Shown: positions 27,523-37,372 of the stretch, piece by piece
How the letters are laid out: the number at the start of each line of letters is the position of its first letter
Numbering within the stretch: position 1 is the first letter of the stretch
Source: an uncultured bacterium
Lineage (GTDB): Bacteria > Verrucomicrobiota > Kiritimatiellia > RFP12 > UBA1067
DNA: 64,000 nucleotides
NCBI GenBank assembly: GCA_942493055.1
Contig: OW818680.1
Span: 4,038,406 to 4,102,405 of the forward strand
Reading direction: 5' to 3'
The notes under the pieces: model-generated
The model's database searches: none
What the model was told of the DNA's origin: nothing
What the model saw: the letters and a program-made list of their open reading frames with translations, nothing else
Position numbers and translations under genes: made by a program

Positions 27523-28892
27523 TTAGCTTTGCCTTTCTGTTTTTTGTTAGCAGCGTTCTTGCCGGTCCAAACACCAGGAGGCTCGGGGGTGCGGCCTTGG
27601 TCATTGGACGCCTCGATCCATTTTTCCAACACGCCGCGCAAGCGGTTCATTGTTTCCTGATGTTCAGGAAGAGCTGCGAGATTTCGAATTTCAAACGGGT
27701 CCGCCTGGAGATCATAGAGCTCCTCTGCAGGCATCTTCGGGTTACAGAGAAAATCTTGCGCGGGCGTCAGGGTTCCTGCTGCATGGAGTTCCTTCAGGAG
27801 GTTCCAGACCGGGTACTGCCGCTCTTTGTAGGCGTTTGCTGAGAGGAAGGGCGTTTCAGGCGTGAAGTTCTTAATGTAGCGGTATTGGCTGTCACGCACA
27901 GTGCGGATGCGCATCACGGTCTCATCGCAGCGGTCGCGTCCCCAGAAGACATACTGCTTGGGTTCGCCAAAGATCGGACGGCCTTGCATCTTGGGTGGCA
28001 CAGGTACGCCGGCAATGGCGAGCGTGGTCGGCGCAAGATCAATGCCCTCCAGTAACCGGTCGTTCACGGTGCCGGGCTTGAACCAGTCCGGCGCGGTTAA
28101 TGCGTTTGGCCAGCGGATCATGAGCGGCACGTGCAGTCCGCTCTCGTAACAGAACTGTTTGCCGCGGACGTGCGCCTGGCCGTTATCGCCGAAGAAGATG
28201 ACGACCGTGTTGGTCGCGAGTCCATCGCGTTCCAGTTGCTGCAGGACCAGGCCGATTTTGCGGTCGAGTTCGCTCACGTCATCCAGGTACGCCGCCCAGT
28301 CCGCGCGCGTCACCGGGTGGTCGGGATAGTAGGGGGGGAACTCGACCTTGGCGGGATCAGCTTTCTTGGGTCCGTGGAACGCGCGGTGGGTCTCATGGAA
28401 ATTGATCTGTGCGTAGAATGGCTGATGAATCTTGAGATCATTCCAGTCGGCGGAGTCAAAAGGTTTGCCCTCATACGTGAAGTTCCAATCCGTCTTGCCC
28501 GTGCCCTGGAAGCCGCACACAACAGGGAGCGTTTTGATGTTCGCTGTGAAGTAGCCTGCTGGGCGCAGCCAGTCGGTCAGCACGCGCACGCCCTCGGGTA
28601 AGGGCTTCTTGTTCACAGTCCGGTGATTGTGGGCGCCGATGGTGATGGGGTACATGCCGGTCATGAATCCGGACCGGCTTGGGGAGCAGACATGTCCGTT
28701 GTAGCAGTGCGAGTAGCGCACGCCCTCGCTGGCAAGCTTGTCGAGATTGGGCGTCGCGACTTCTTTTGTGCCATAACAGCCCAACTCCGTGCCGAGATCC
28801 TCGCCGATGAGCCAGAGAATGTTTGGACGCTGTGCGGCATGGACGCTGATGATTGATGCAATCAAGATGAAGAGCGACAGGGTGTGTTTCAT
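27519..28892 (-). CDS. Cys-type sulfatase, secreted
   Basis: Signal peptide. CSPSRSGFMTGMYPITIG. 4-nt overlap with the downstream sulfatase. Confidence 0.85.
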   Translation of the reverse strand: MKHTLSLFILIASIISVHAAQRPNILWLIGEDLGTELGCYGTKEVATPNLDKLASEGVRYSHCYNGHVCSPSRSGFMTGMYPITIGAHNHRTVNKKPLPEGVRVLTDWLRPAGYFTANIKTLPVVCGFQGTGKTDWNFTYEGKPFDSADWNDLKIHQPFYAQINFHETHRAFHGPKKADPAKVEFPPYYPDHPVTRADWAAYLDDVSELDRKIGLVLQQLERDGLATNTVVIFFGDNGQAHVRGKQFCYESGLHVPLMIRWPNALTAPDWFKPGTVNDRLLEGIDLAPTTLAIAGVPVPPKMQGRPIFGEPKQYVFWGRDRCDETVMRIRTVRDSQYRYIKNFTPETPFLSANAYKERQYPVWNLLKELHAAGTLTPAQDFLCNPKMPAEELYDLQADPFEIRNLAALPEHQETMNRLRGVLEKWIEASNDQGRTPEPPGVWTGKNAANKKQKGKAK

Positions 28893-29247
28893 GGAGCCTC
28901 CGATATTTCAACTGTGCGAAAAGTGTACACGACCCAGTTCATTCTGTCGATGCCAGAGGTGTTGGGATTTGATGAAAAAGGCGTCCCCCTACAAAGGGGA
29001 CGCCTTGAATTGAATAACCCCGTCCTTAAGCCACTGATAAAAGGCCGCATTTGCGGACACTTGTTACGCTGCGACGGACAAGTAGAAATGAGGGTTGCTA
29101 AAATATAGAGCGGAATAGGGAGCGTAGTTAAAATCACCATTTTTTTGGAGACGGGGCTTGATTCATTTGCCCTCCCCAGTATAATAGAGATCAACTATGG
29201 GCTCCGGCATGTCGCCGAAGAGGCATAGTGGATGTTAGCGGGACAAA

Positions 29248-31017
29248 ATGATGAAAAAAACGATGGTGCTTGTTTTGGGATTGGGGTTCACTTTGCTGAC
29301 ATACGCCGGGGAACGGGTCGCGTTGTGGCCGGAAGGAAAGATTCCGGACTATCAGGCCCAGCAGATCGCGGCGACGACCCAGGAGGTGAAAGCGCCGGGA
29401 TTCAAGGCTGCGGAAAATACGATGCCGCATCTCGACTGGTGCGAGGCGCCGACGACGAATAACGGCGCCTGCATGGTTCTCATTTCCGGCGGCGGCTATC
29501 AGAATTGCTGCGACGGGGTGTGGATTGACCGGGTTGCGAAGCGGTTCACCGAACTCGGTTTCGTCTGCGTGAACCTCACCTACCGCACGCCGCGTCCGCA
29601 GGGGTTGCCCATCTACCAGAGCGCCTGGGCTGACGGGCAGCGCGCCATCCGTCTCGTCCGCAACGATGCGAAGAAGCGCGGATTCGATCCGGAGAAGATC
29701 GGCGTATTCGGTTTTTCAGCAGGCGCGCACCTGACGGTTTTGCTCGCCACAAGCGCGCTCACGCCGGCCTACGCACCGGTCGACGGACTCGATCCCCTTC
29801 CCTGCCACGTCAACTGGGCGGTACCGATCTACACCGCCTACGCGCTCACGGACGGACTCACCGGCCCCAACACACGCAAGGGCGACGCGATCGACGCCAA
29901 GCTCTCGGAAGTGTTCAAGTTCGACGCGAAGACCTGTCCGATGGCGCTCTTCCACGGCGGGACGGATATCTATTCGCCGATCGGCTCCACGCAGATCTAC
30001 CGCCAGCTCCGCAGGATGAAGATCCCGGCCGAGATCCATCTCTTCGCGGACCGTTCGCACGGGTTCATGGGCGACGCGAACAAGGGCGAGGACGGTACCG
30101 CCTACGATCACTGGTTCGACCGTGTCGCCGAGTACATGCGGCAGATGAATTTTGACGGGCGTCTTGGCGCGGAAGAGGATCTCATGGCGCGTTATCCGAA
30201 CGACAGCGTGCGCGGCCACACCAGCAAGGAGCCCCTCTGGCCGGAAGGCAAGATGCCGGATGTGCAGTCAAACCAGTGCCAGCCTTATCTTGAATGGCAC
30301 CTGCCGAAAACGCTTAAGACGAAGGCAATTCAGATCATCTACTCGGGCGGCAGCTACATGGGCAACGATCCCAACGGATTTGAAGTCGCGCCGGCGCGTC
30401 GTTACCTGAACGAGAAGGGCATGGCTGTGGTGACGATGAAATATCGCACGCCGCGTCCTCAAGGCGGGCTGGCCAAGCATGTGACAGCCTGGCAGGACGT
30501 GCAGCGCGCCATCCGCATCGTCCGCAGCCAGGCTGCGGCAAAGGGACTCGATCCCGACCGCATCGGCATCATGGGCTCCTCGGCCGGAGGACACCTGACG
30601 CTCATGGGCGCGACCAGCTCGAAAAGCAGCTCCTACGGGCCGATCGATGACGTGGACAAGCTGCCCTGCAACGTGCAGTGGGCGGTCGCGATCTATCCGG
30701 CGTACGCGCTCACGGACGGCGGAAACGCTCCGAACGCGAAGGGCGGCAACGAGGACGACGCGGAACTCGTCCCCGAATTCGCGTTCGACCCCGGGACCTG
30801 CCCGATCCTGTTCATCCACGGCGACGCCGACGGCTGGGCGGCGATGAATTCGGTGAAATGCTGGGAGCAGCTTCGGCGGATGGGGATCCAGTCCGATCTC
30901 CACACGCTTGTCAAACGCGGGCACTGTTTTCAGAGGAAGGCCGCCCCGGACACGGGCAGCTATACCTGGATGGGGCGCATCTGGGAATTCATGAACCACA
31001 AGGGGTTCAATAAGTAG
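29248..31017 (+). CDS. Tandem-duplicated alpha/beta-hydrolase esterase (two catalytic modules)
   Basis: Signal peptide. Two homologous halves, each starting LWPEGK(I/M)PD and each with its own GxSxG (GFSAGAH and GSSAGGH). Confidence 0.75.
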   Translation: MMKKTMVLVLGLGFTLLTYAGERVALWPEGKIPDYQAQQIAATTQEVKAPGFKAAENTMPHLDWCEAPTTNNGACMVLISGGGYQNCCDGVWIDRVAKRFTELGFVCVNLTYRTPRPQGLPIYQSAWADGQRAIRLVRNDAKKRGFDPEKIGVFGFSAGAHLTVLLATSALTPAYAPVDGLDPLPCHVNWAVPIYTAYALTDGLTGPNTRKGDAIDAKLSEVFKFDAKTCPMALFHGGTDIYSPIGSTQIYRQLRRMKIPAEIHLFADRSHGFMGDANKGEDGTAYDHWFDRVAEYMRQMNFDGRLGAEEDLMARYPNDSVRGHTSKEPLWPEGKMPDVQSNQCQPYLEWHLPKTLKTKAIQIIYSGGSYMGNDPNGFEVAPARRYLNEKGMAVVTMKYRTPRPQGGLAKHVTAWQDVQRAIRIVRSQAAAKGLDPDRIGIMGSSAGGHLTLMGATSSKSSSYGPIDDVDKLPCNVQWAVAIYPAYALTDGGNAPNAKGGNEDDAELVPEFAFDPGTCPILFIHGDADGWAAMNSVKCWEQLRRMGIQSDLHTLVKRGHCFQRKAAPDTGSYTWMGRIWEFMNHKGFNK

Positions 31018-31543
31018 GAGTAAGATTACGGTCATGACAGCGATCACAATCTGGAGGGCGAACGTCCCCGCGAGCCGCCGGTCCTAGCGTGGCCATGCCC
31101 GCTTTCCGGTCCATGCATATAAGCGGCGTCGCGCGGAATACCGCTTGCCGCACGCACTCCATGACCGCCGCTACGCATGCAGGGGACGCGTCATGCGGAC
31201 GAATCGCTGACGCACACTTGTTCAGTCGGCTTTTATTAAAACAAGGCTGTGCTTCCCCTCGCGGCGTGATATGATGGTTTACATGGATGCAGCAAGTGTA
31301 TGCCAAATCAGAGCGGTCGCGTGTTGGGCGGCAGAGGGGGTGAGGCGATGCGTGCGAAACGCATGAGAAATGAAGAGAGAGATGCTAGTGTCTCGATGTC
31401 CCGATACGATCCCCGAGCGCTATGTCAAGTCAAAGGCGGGGTGAAAGGGAGCGGGGCGGACCGGAAGGTGGTTTTTCGCCGCCGGGCGTTGACGGGCGGC
31501 AAAAGCCGTGAGATTCAGATGTGTATAGGAACATTATATTATA

Positions 31544-33016
31544 ATGAAAATTGAAAAATCTAGCGGAGTGACGGAATCCGAAAGACTACTGGCACAGCTG
31601 TGTAACAAGGTTTTTTTGAGCTTCTGGTGTTATCCCAATCCGTGGAAGGATGATGGGAAGGAACTGTGTGATGTGTTGGCCGTTTTTGAGAACACAGTTT
31701 TCTTGTTTTTTGATCGGGAAAGTCGTGTGTTGGACAATGCTGATGCGGACAATTGTCTGACTCTGTGGCAGCGCTGGAAAAGGAAGACCATCGATGACCA
31801 AATTCGCACTGCCACTGGTGCGGAACGTTATGTCCGGGGTGGTGGAAACATCTGGTTGGATTGCTCCAAAACTGTTTCATTGCCTGTAACATTTGACAAA
31901 CAATCTGTAACAATCTACAAGATCATCGTCGCGCATGGGGCGAAAGACGCATGCCTGAAAGACTCTGCAAACAACATAACGGGGAGTGTCGCGGTCTCAT
32001 ACGGCGATGCCAGCGAAAACAGCACTTTAGAGGATATCAATCCGTGGCCATATCTTGTTCATCTTGATAAAAACAGCCCTGTTCACATCTTGGACGACGA
32101 AACACTTCCTCTTCTTCTGAACGAACTTGATACAATTACGGACTTTATCTGGTATCATAAGGCCAAAGAAACGGCCATTGAAAAAGTTGATGGCCTTATT
32201 TATTGTGGGGAGGAGGATTTGCTCGCCCATTACTATTCACAATATGATGAAACAGCCAAAAGACATTTTATTGGGGAAAAACCACAAAACAATACGACCA
32301 TAGATGCGCAAAAAAAATCGACGCACCGGAAATTTGTCGGGATAGAGGAGGGAATATGGCAAACCTTCTCAAAACTTCCCCCTTATCAAAGAAAAAAACA
32401 AGACGACTTGCATTCGTATCTTTGGGATGAAATTATCGAAACGACATGTCGAAATGCTCTACATGGATCTTTAATAAGTGATCGCGATCTGCTCACCGTA
32501 GGTAATTGTGGTGCCGCTTTTGTCATGGCAAAAGAGCCTCGGGTCGCGCGACGCATGTTGTCACAGCACATTGATGAAGCGATCACGAAATTTCCAAGTC
32601 CCGAGCCGCAGTGCCTGGGAGGCCTCACCAGAAATCTAACGTTTATGCAATCGTTTTGGCCCAATGTAGCATACGTCTTCCTTCAACTTTGGTTTCCCAT
32701 GAACACTATGCAAACGGACAATATTGAGAGACGGAAACACCTTCTGCACGTGGCTTGTGGTGCCGCAAAATTGAAGTTTCCACATCTACAGAAGGTTGTC
32801 GGCATTGTTATCGAAAGGCAAGAATTCGCGGGAGACACGCAAATTCTATTGGAATGTTCAAACTGGACTGACGAACAACAGCGGTTCTACGAAAAGGAAA
32901 ACGAACTTCCAGAATGTCGGTTTTTCCTGTCAAATCCGCTTATCGTTAATGTCACCACTCACAATTTTCCCGATGTTGATGAACCGAAAGTTGTCGCAAA
33001 TCTTGGGGTTTTATGA
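31544..33016 (+). CDS. Hypothetical 490-aa protein in a low-GC island; function unknown
   Basis: Clean long ORF whose GC is visibly about 45% against a ~60% background. Not secreted. No recognisable motif except a possible degenerate PD-(D/E)xK-like N-terminus (DVLAVFENTVFLFFDRES). Confidence 0.6.
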   Translation: MKIEKSSGVTESERLLAQLCNKVFLSFWCYPNPWKDDGKELCDVLAVFENTVFLFFDRESRVLDNADADNCLTLWQRWKRKTIDDQIRTATGAERYVRGGGNIWLDCSKTVSLPVTFDKQSVTIYKIIVAHGAKDACLKDSANNITGSVAVSYGDASENSTLEDINPWPYLVHLDKNSPVHILDDETLPLLLNELDTITDFIWYHKAKETAIEKVDGLIYCGEEDLLAHYYSQYDETAKRHFIGEKPQNNTTIDAQKKSTHRKFVGIEEGIWQTFSKLPPYQRKKQDDLHSYLWDEIIETTCRNALHGSLISDRDLLTVGNCGAAFVMAKEPRVARRMLSQHIDEAITKFPSPEPQCLGGLTRNLTFMQSFWPNVAYVFLQLWFPMNTMQTDNIERRKHLLHVACGAAKLKFPHLQKVVGIVIERQEFAGDTQILLECSNWTDEQQRFYEKENELPECRFFLSNPLIVNVTTHNFPDVDEPKVVANLGVL

Positions 33017-33299
33017 GCGTTAATGCATTGGCTGTTTTTTAGTGTCGTGTATCCACCGCGTGTTGTCCAGAAAATCTGCAAGGCATGCAGCGGCTAAGAG
33101 GTCACTCATCCTAGAGCAGGAGTCAAGAATGGCGGCAGGGGTCGCTCATAGTTGAACATTGTACATTTATCTGGGACGAGTGCTGAGATAGACGGCTATC
33201 GGCTGAATGCGTGGGGGAGAAGCGGGAGAGGCGAGTTAAGCGGGATAAGCTGGGGAAGCACGATAAGTGGGAGAGAAAAACGGTCAACGCTGAACGTTC

Positions 33300-33612
33300 A
33301 ACGCTCAAGGAGAGAGGGGAGAAACTCCGAACGTCGAACGTTTAACGCTGAACACTGGAGAGAAGGTGGACGTGCGCCTCAAGACGCGTATCTCCTGTCC
33401 CATTTGTCCCCTGCACCTGCCTCGCAAAAGGTTCAGGAGAAAATATTGGGAAAGCAGGGTGAAGTGCCGGTCGAGCGTATAGAGGCGGAGGTGATGTTGC
33501 CGCGCATGTTGCGCGATGAGCAGATCCGGAAGGCCCACCTTGTTGATGCCGTTCCGCTGACAAACTGTCTTTTCAAGAGATCTTCCGGCAGATCAAGCGT
33601 TGTCCTCATGGC
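33300..33612 (-). pseudogene. Decayed vapBC toxin-antitoxin remnant (antitoxin N-terminus fused to PIN C-terminus by deletion/frameshift)
   Basis: MRTTLDLPEDLLKRQ (VapB-type antitoxin start) at about 33610. LPDLLIAQHARQHHLRLYTLDRHF (PIN domain C-terminus) is in another frame at about 33540-33460. No intact ORF. Confidence 0.35.
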
Positions 33613-33797
33613 CGCCTCCTTCATATGCACATCTCATGCGATTTATGCAGATCGTTTGCCGTACCTGCGTGTGCTTGTCCATGCGTTCTTCTGCCGACGG
33701 ATGCCGCTTGCCTTTTCGATAAAATCATACTATAGTGTGATTCACATTCACGGAATTTGGAGGCGAAAGAACAACGCCAAGGGATAAGGATACAACG

Positions 33798-35024
33798 ATG
33801 AAACGACTGATGATGCTCATGATCGGTGCGGCGATGATCTCGGGGTGTTGCACGGTCTGTAACGGGCCAAAGCATTCGGGAACGACGTTCGTGAAGGAGG
33901 CGCTCGCCCCTTACGTTGAAAGCGGACAGCTTCCCGGCGCGATCAATGTCGTCTACAAGAACGGTCTGCAGGAAAACGCCTGCGTCGGGTACGCCGACGT
34001 CGCGGCGAAGCGTCCGATCACCATGGACGACGTCTACATGCAGTGCTCGCAGACAAAGGGCTTCTGCGGCGTGACCATCGCCATCCTCGTCGAGGAAGGC
34101 AAGATCACGCTCGACGATCCTGTTTCGAAATATCTGCCGGAGTTCGCGGAACTCTGGATCCATGAATCCACCTCGAACGGCGTGAAGCGACTCGTCAAGG
34201 CGAAGAATGCGCTCACGATCCGCATGGCCTTGAACCACACCGGCGGATTCCCGTTCGAGATCTGTGCAAAGCAGGGTAACATCAAGGGCGGCGGCTGGTC
34301 CGGCGGCGCGCCGCTCCGGCAGACGGCGGCAATCGCGGCGGCGTGTCCGCTGCTCTTCGAGCCTGGCACAAAGGTGCAGTATTCCAACACCGGCATCGAC
34401 ATCGGCGCGGCCATCGTCGAGGTGGTGACCGGCAAGCGCTGGGAGGATTTCCTCAAGGAACGCGTCCTGGATCCGCTCGGCATGACGTCCAGCACGTTTC
34501 GGCCGACCGACAAGCAATTGAAGACACAGGTGGAGATGTACGACTGCGTGAAGGATGCACCTGCGAAGTACCGCGTACAGAACGAGATGCAGCAGCGTCC
34601 CTACAACGACGAGCACATCTTCGCATCGGCGGGCGCGGGGCTCTGGACGACCGCGAACGACCAGGTCAAGTTCTACAAGATGCTCATGAATTTGGGCGTG
34701 GGTGATAACGGCGTGCGGATCCTCAAGGAGGAGACCGTGAAGGAAATTCTCGCGAAGTCGACGCGTCCGAAAGGCTTGGGCGGTTATTCGCTCGGGCTCT
34801 CCGCACCGGAGGAAGACAAGGAAGACGCCTGGTTCGGGCATGGCGGCGCGTGGGGCACCAACTGCATGGTCAACTGGCACCGTAAGGAACTGAAGCTCTG
34901 GGCCGTGCAGCTCTGCGGCGGTCCGCGTCCCTGGGACAAGGCGCGCACGGAGGCTGAGGACAAGTTCTTCAAGTACGCGGTCGACAACTCCGGCGCTGAC
35001 GCCTACACCGGACGCGTCAAATGA
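33798..35024 (+). CDS. Serine hydrolase of the beta-lactamase/esterase (class C-like) family, lipoprotein
   Basis: Lipobox MISGCC. SxxK motif CSQTKGF. Beta-lactamase-fold length. Confidence 0.8.
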   Translation: MKRLMMLMIGAAMISGCCTVCNGPKHSGTTFVKEALAPYVESGQLPGAINVVYKNGLQENACVGYADVAAKRPITMDDVYMQCSQTKGFCGVTIAILVEEGKITLDDPVSKYLPEFAELWIHESTSNGVKRLVKAKNALTIRMALNHTGGFPFEICAKQGNIKGGGWSGGAPLRQTAAIAAACPLLFEPGTKVQYSNTGIDIGAAIVEVVTGKRWEDFLKERVLDPLGMTSSTFRPTDKQLKTQVEMYDCVKDAPAKYRVQNEMQQRPYNDEHIFASAGAGLWTTANDQVKFYKMLMNLGVGDNGVRILKEETVKEILAKSTRPKGLGGYSLGLSAPEEDKEDAWFGHGGAWGTNCMVNWHRKELKLWAVQLCGGPRPWDKARTEAEDKFFKYAVDNSGADAYTGRVK

Positions 35025-35028
35025 GGCT

Positions 35029-35934
35029 CTAGTTCGTATTGACGGGGCCGATATAGCCGGTCGACAGGACGACGTCATCGAAGCAGACGCTGTTCTGTTT
35101 CGGATTGTCATGGATGTAGACGCCCAGCGTCATGCGCTTGATCCGGACCTCTTCGCTCTTGCGCCACTGGATGCCGGTGAAGTGCCCGTAGAGCTTTCCG
35201 TCGACCCACGCGGCCTGCTCGCCGTTATCCTTGCCCGGATCGTTCACCTTCAGCATGATCTCGAAGCACGTCCATTTCCCACGCTCCGGAATAAACTGAC
35301 GGGAGGGGAAGAACTGGTTGCCCCAGAACTTACCCTTCATGTTGGGGTCTTCCTTCATCGACGGGAAGTAGGAGTAGAAGTTCATGGCGCCGGGCGCCGC
35401 ATTCTTCCCCCAAGCGCGCCACGGCTCGAAGCGTGACGTGAAGCGGTCAAACCCCGTGGGCCGGGTGCCTGCTCCGCCCATGCCCGCGTACTTGTCGGTT
35501 CCGCTGACGCCGGCCAGGCCGCAGAAGTGCATCAGGTTGCCCTGGTCGAAGTCCGCATCAAATTTGCAGTACCAGCGGAAGTGGACCTTGTCGTAGCCCG
35601 GCGCGAACCAGTAGCAGAGGGAGGTTGTCGCCCCTTGGCCCTTGTCCAGGACATAGCGCAGTGAGGATTTCCCGTGACAGACTTCCGCCGTGTTCGTATC
35701 CAGGAGGAGTCGCCCTTCCTTGAGACCGTAGAGGTCAAAGAAACGATCGGCCCAGGTGGCGGACTCGAAGTCTTCTGTGAGAAAGACCTTCCCCGGCGAC
35801 TCCAGGGCCCGGAGCGCATCCGGATTTTTCAGCGTCTGCTCCGTCACGTCCTGGCCGCACGGCACCATGGACTGTGCAATCCCGAGCACGGGAATCAATA
35901 CTATGCCTAAAAGGCTGATCGCGAGTGTTTTCAT
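35029..35934 (-). CDS. Secreted protein of unknown function (jelly-roll, polysaccharide-lyase-like)
   Basis: Start at MKTLAISLLGIVLIPVLGIAQS (signal peptide). Upstream in-frame extension is not coding-like. Confidence 0.55.
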   Translation of the reverse strand: MKTLAISLLGIVLIPVLGIAQSMVPCGQDVTEQTLKNPDALRALESPGKVFLTEDFESATWADRFFDLYGLKEGRLLLDTNTAEVCHGKSSLRYVLDKGQGATTSLCYWFAPGYDKVHFRWYCKFDADFDQGNLMHFCGLAGVSGTDKYAGMGGAGTRPTGFDRFTSRFEPWRAWGKNAAPGAMNFYSYFPSMKEDPNMKGKFWGNQFFPSRQFIPERGKWTCFEIMLKVNDPGKDNGEQAAWVDGKLYGHFTGIQWRKSEEVRIKRMTLGVYIHDNPKQNSVCFDDVVLSTGYIGPVNTN

Positions 35935-36017
35935 GGTTTCTTTTCCTTCCATCCCTGCGCATCTCGAAACTCGGGGAAGTGCAGTTTGGGCTTCAGCGTG
36001 TATTTTAGGGCGGGGGC

Positions 36018-36240
36018 GATTGTGGTGGGAGCATCCTGCTCCCGCACAAGGGAGCTGGAAGCTCCCCCTACTTTCTTCGCTGCGAGGGGGGTTCATGATT
36101 CGCCTCTGGGGTTTGATTGTAGCGGGAGCATCTTGCTCCCGAACAAGGGAGCTGGAAGCTCCCCCCACTTTCTTCGCTGCGAGGCGGCTCATGATTCGCC
36201 TCCGGGGTTTGATTGTAGCGGGAGCATCTTGCTCTAGCGC
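36018..36240. repeat. About 96-bp tandem direct repeat (2.3 copies) with internal palindromes
   Basis: Unit GATTGTRGYGGGAGCATCYTGCTCCCGMACAAGGGAGCTGGAAGCTCCCCCYACTTTCTTCGCTGCGAGG...TCATGATTCGCCTCYGGGGTT. Contains hairpins GGGAGCAtcCTGCTCCC and GGAGCTggaAGCTCC. The last partial copy overlaps the GH88/105 stop. Confidence 0.7.
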
Positions 36241-37370
36241 AGCAGCGCGTTAGCGCACCAGAGCACCGGTGCCTGGCCATGGAAATCGCCGGTCTTGCGC
36301 GGCCGGGTGAGGTAGTACTGGATGTCGGTCTTCTGTCCCGTGCCGATGCAGATGTCGGTCAGCTCGGCCTTGTCGTCGAGGTGTTTCACGAGGGCGAGCC
36401 AGCCCTTCTGCGCGGCAGGCCCGTAGGTGGCCTTGTCGAGCCACCCGCGTTTCACACCGGTGATGAAGGCGTAGGTGAACATGGCCGTGCAGGAGGACTC
36501 CTCGTAGGACTCCGGATGGTCGATGAGCTGATGCCACATGCCATCTGCCCCTTGATGGGCCAGCAGGCCTGCCATCATCTTCTTGTAGCCTTTCATGAGG
36601 CGGGCATAGTGGGGCGAGGATTCAGGCACCACTTGCAGCGCATAGGCCATGGATGCCGCAACCCAGCCGTTGCCGCGACCCCAAAAGAAATGAAAATCAG
36701 GTCCGTGGAAGAAGAGTCCGTTGGGCTGCTGCAACTTGTCGAGGTACGCGTTCAAAAAGAGTCCGGCGCGCTCTGCATAAAGGGGCTCCTGCGTGGCGCG
36801 GTTCGCCTGGGTCAGCAGCGCTCCGACCATCCACATGTCGTCGATCCACCAGCGGGTCTCTTGCGTCAGTCCGTTCTCCAGCAGCGGCGCCTTCCACTGC
36901 GCATCCACCAAGCGCTTGCCGAGGGAAAGGTAAGACGGGTTCTTGGTTTGGAGATAGATCTCGAAGGGGACGATGCCGAAGACGCTGTGATCGACATGGG
37001 CCTGGTTGGGCACGAGTTGCTTGTCCCCCTCCGGCGTGATGATCGGCGCATAGTGGGCGACCAGGCTCTTCAGCAGCTCGCTGTCCTTGGTCAGCCCGGC
37101 GAACTGCAGAGCCCCCATCGCGGCGCAGGCCTCGGCGTAATGGATCGTGTTGTTCTTGTAGACCATGTGCGGACGTGAGAGCAGGTTATCCGCCAGCCGC
37201 TTGCCGACGATCTCCGGCGAAGCCCCGGCTGGATAGCTCATGAACGGCGCGCTCACGGGAGGAACGGCAGCATCAAGAGCAGGCCCCTGCAGATAAGAAC
37301 AGGAGGTGCAGCAGGTCAATAAGAGCGAGGCAACGCCGATGGAATAATAAGATGGCATTTGTTTTTTCAT
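36234..37370 (-). CDS. GH88/GH105 unsaturated glucuronyl / rhamnogalacturonyl hydrolase (six-hairpin glycosidase), lipoprotein
   Basis: WWIDDMWM and GRGNGW motifs. Lipobox LLTCCTSC. Confidence 0.75.
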   Translation of the reverse strand: MKKQMPSYYSIGVASLLLTCCTSCSYLQGPALDAAVPPVSAPFMSYPAGASPEIVGKRLADNLLSRPHMVYKNNTIHYAEACAAMGALQFAGLTKDSELLKSLVAHYAPIITPEGDKQLVPNQAHVDHSVFGIVPFEIYLQTKNPSYLSLGKRLVDAQWKAPLLENGLTQETRWWIDDMWMVGALLTQANRATQEPLYAERAGLFLNAYLDKLQQPNGLFFHGPDFHFFWGRGNGWVAASMAYALQVVPESSPHYARLMKGYKKMMAGLLAHQGADGMWHQLIDHPESYEESSCTAMFTYAFITGVKRGWLDKATYGPAAQKGWLALVKHLDDKAELTDICIGTGQKTDIQYYLTRPRKTGDFHGQAPVLWCANALLR

Positions 37371-37372
37371 AA

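Noticed and set aside
33152-33787. 211-aa + strand ORF downstream of the low-GC gene
   Set aside because: The translation is Arg/Ser/Gly-rich nonsense. The region instead contains the vapBC remnant on the other strand and short GAACGT/AACGCT repeat clutter.
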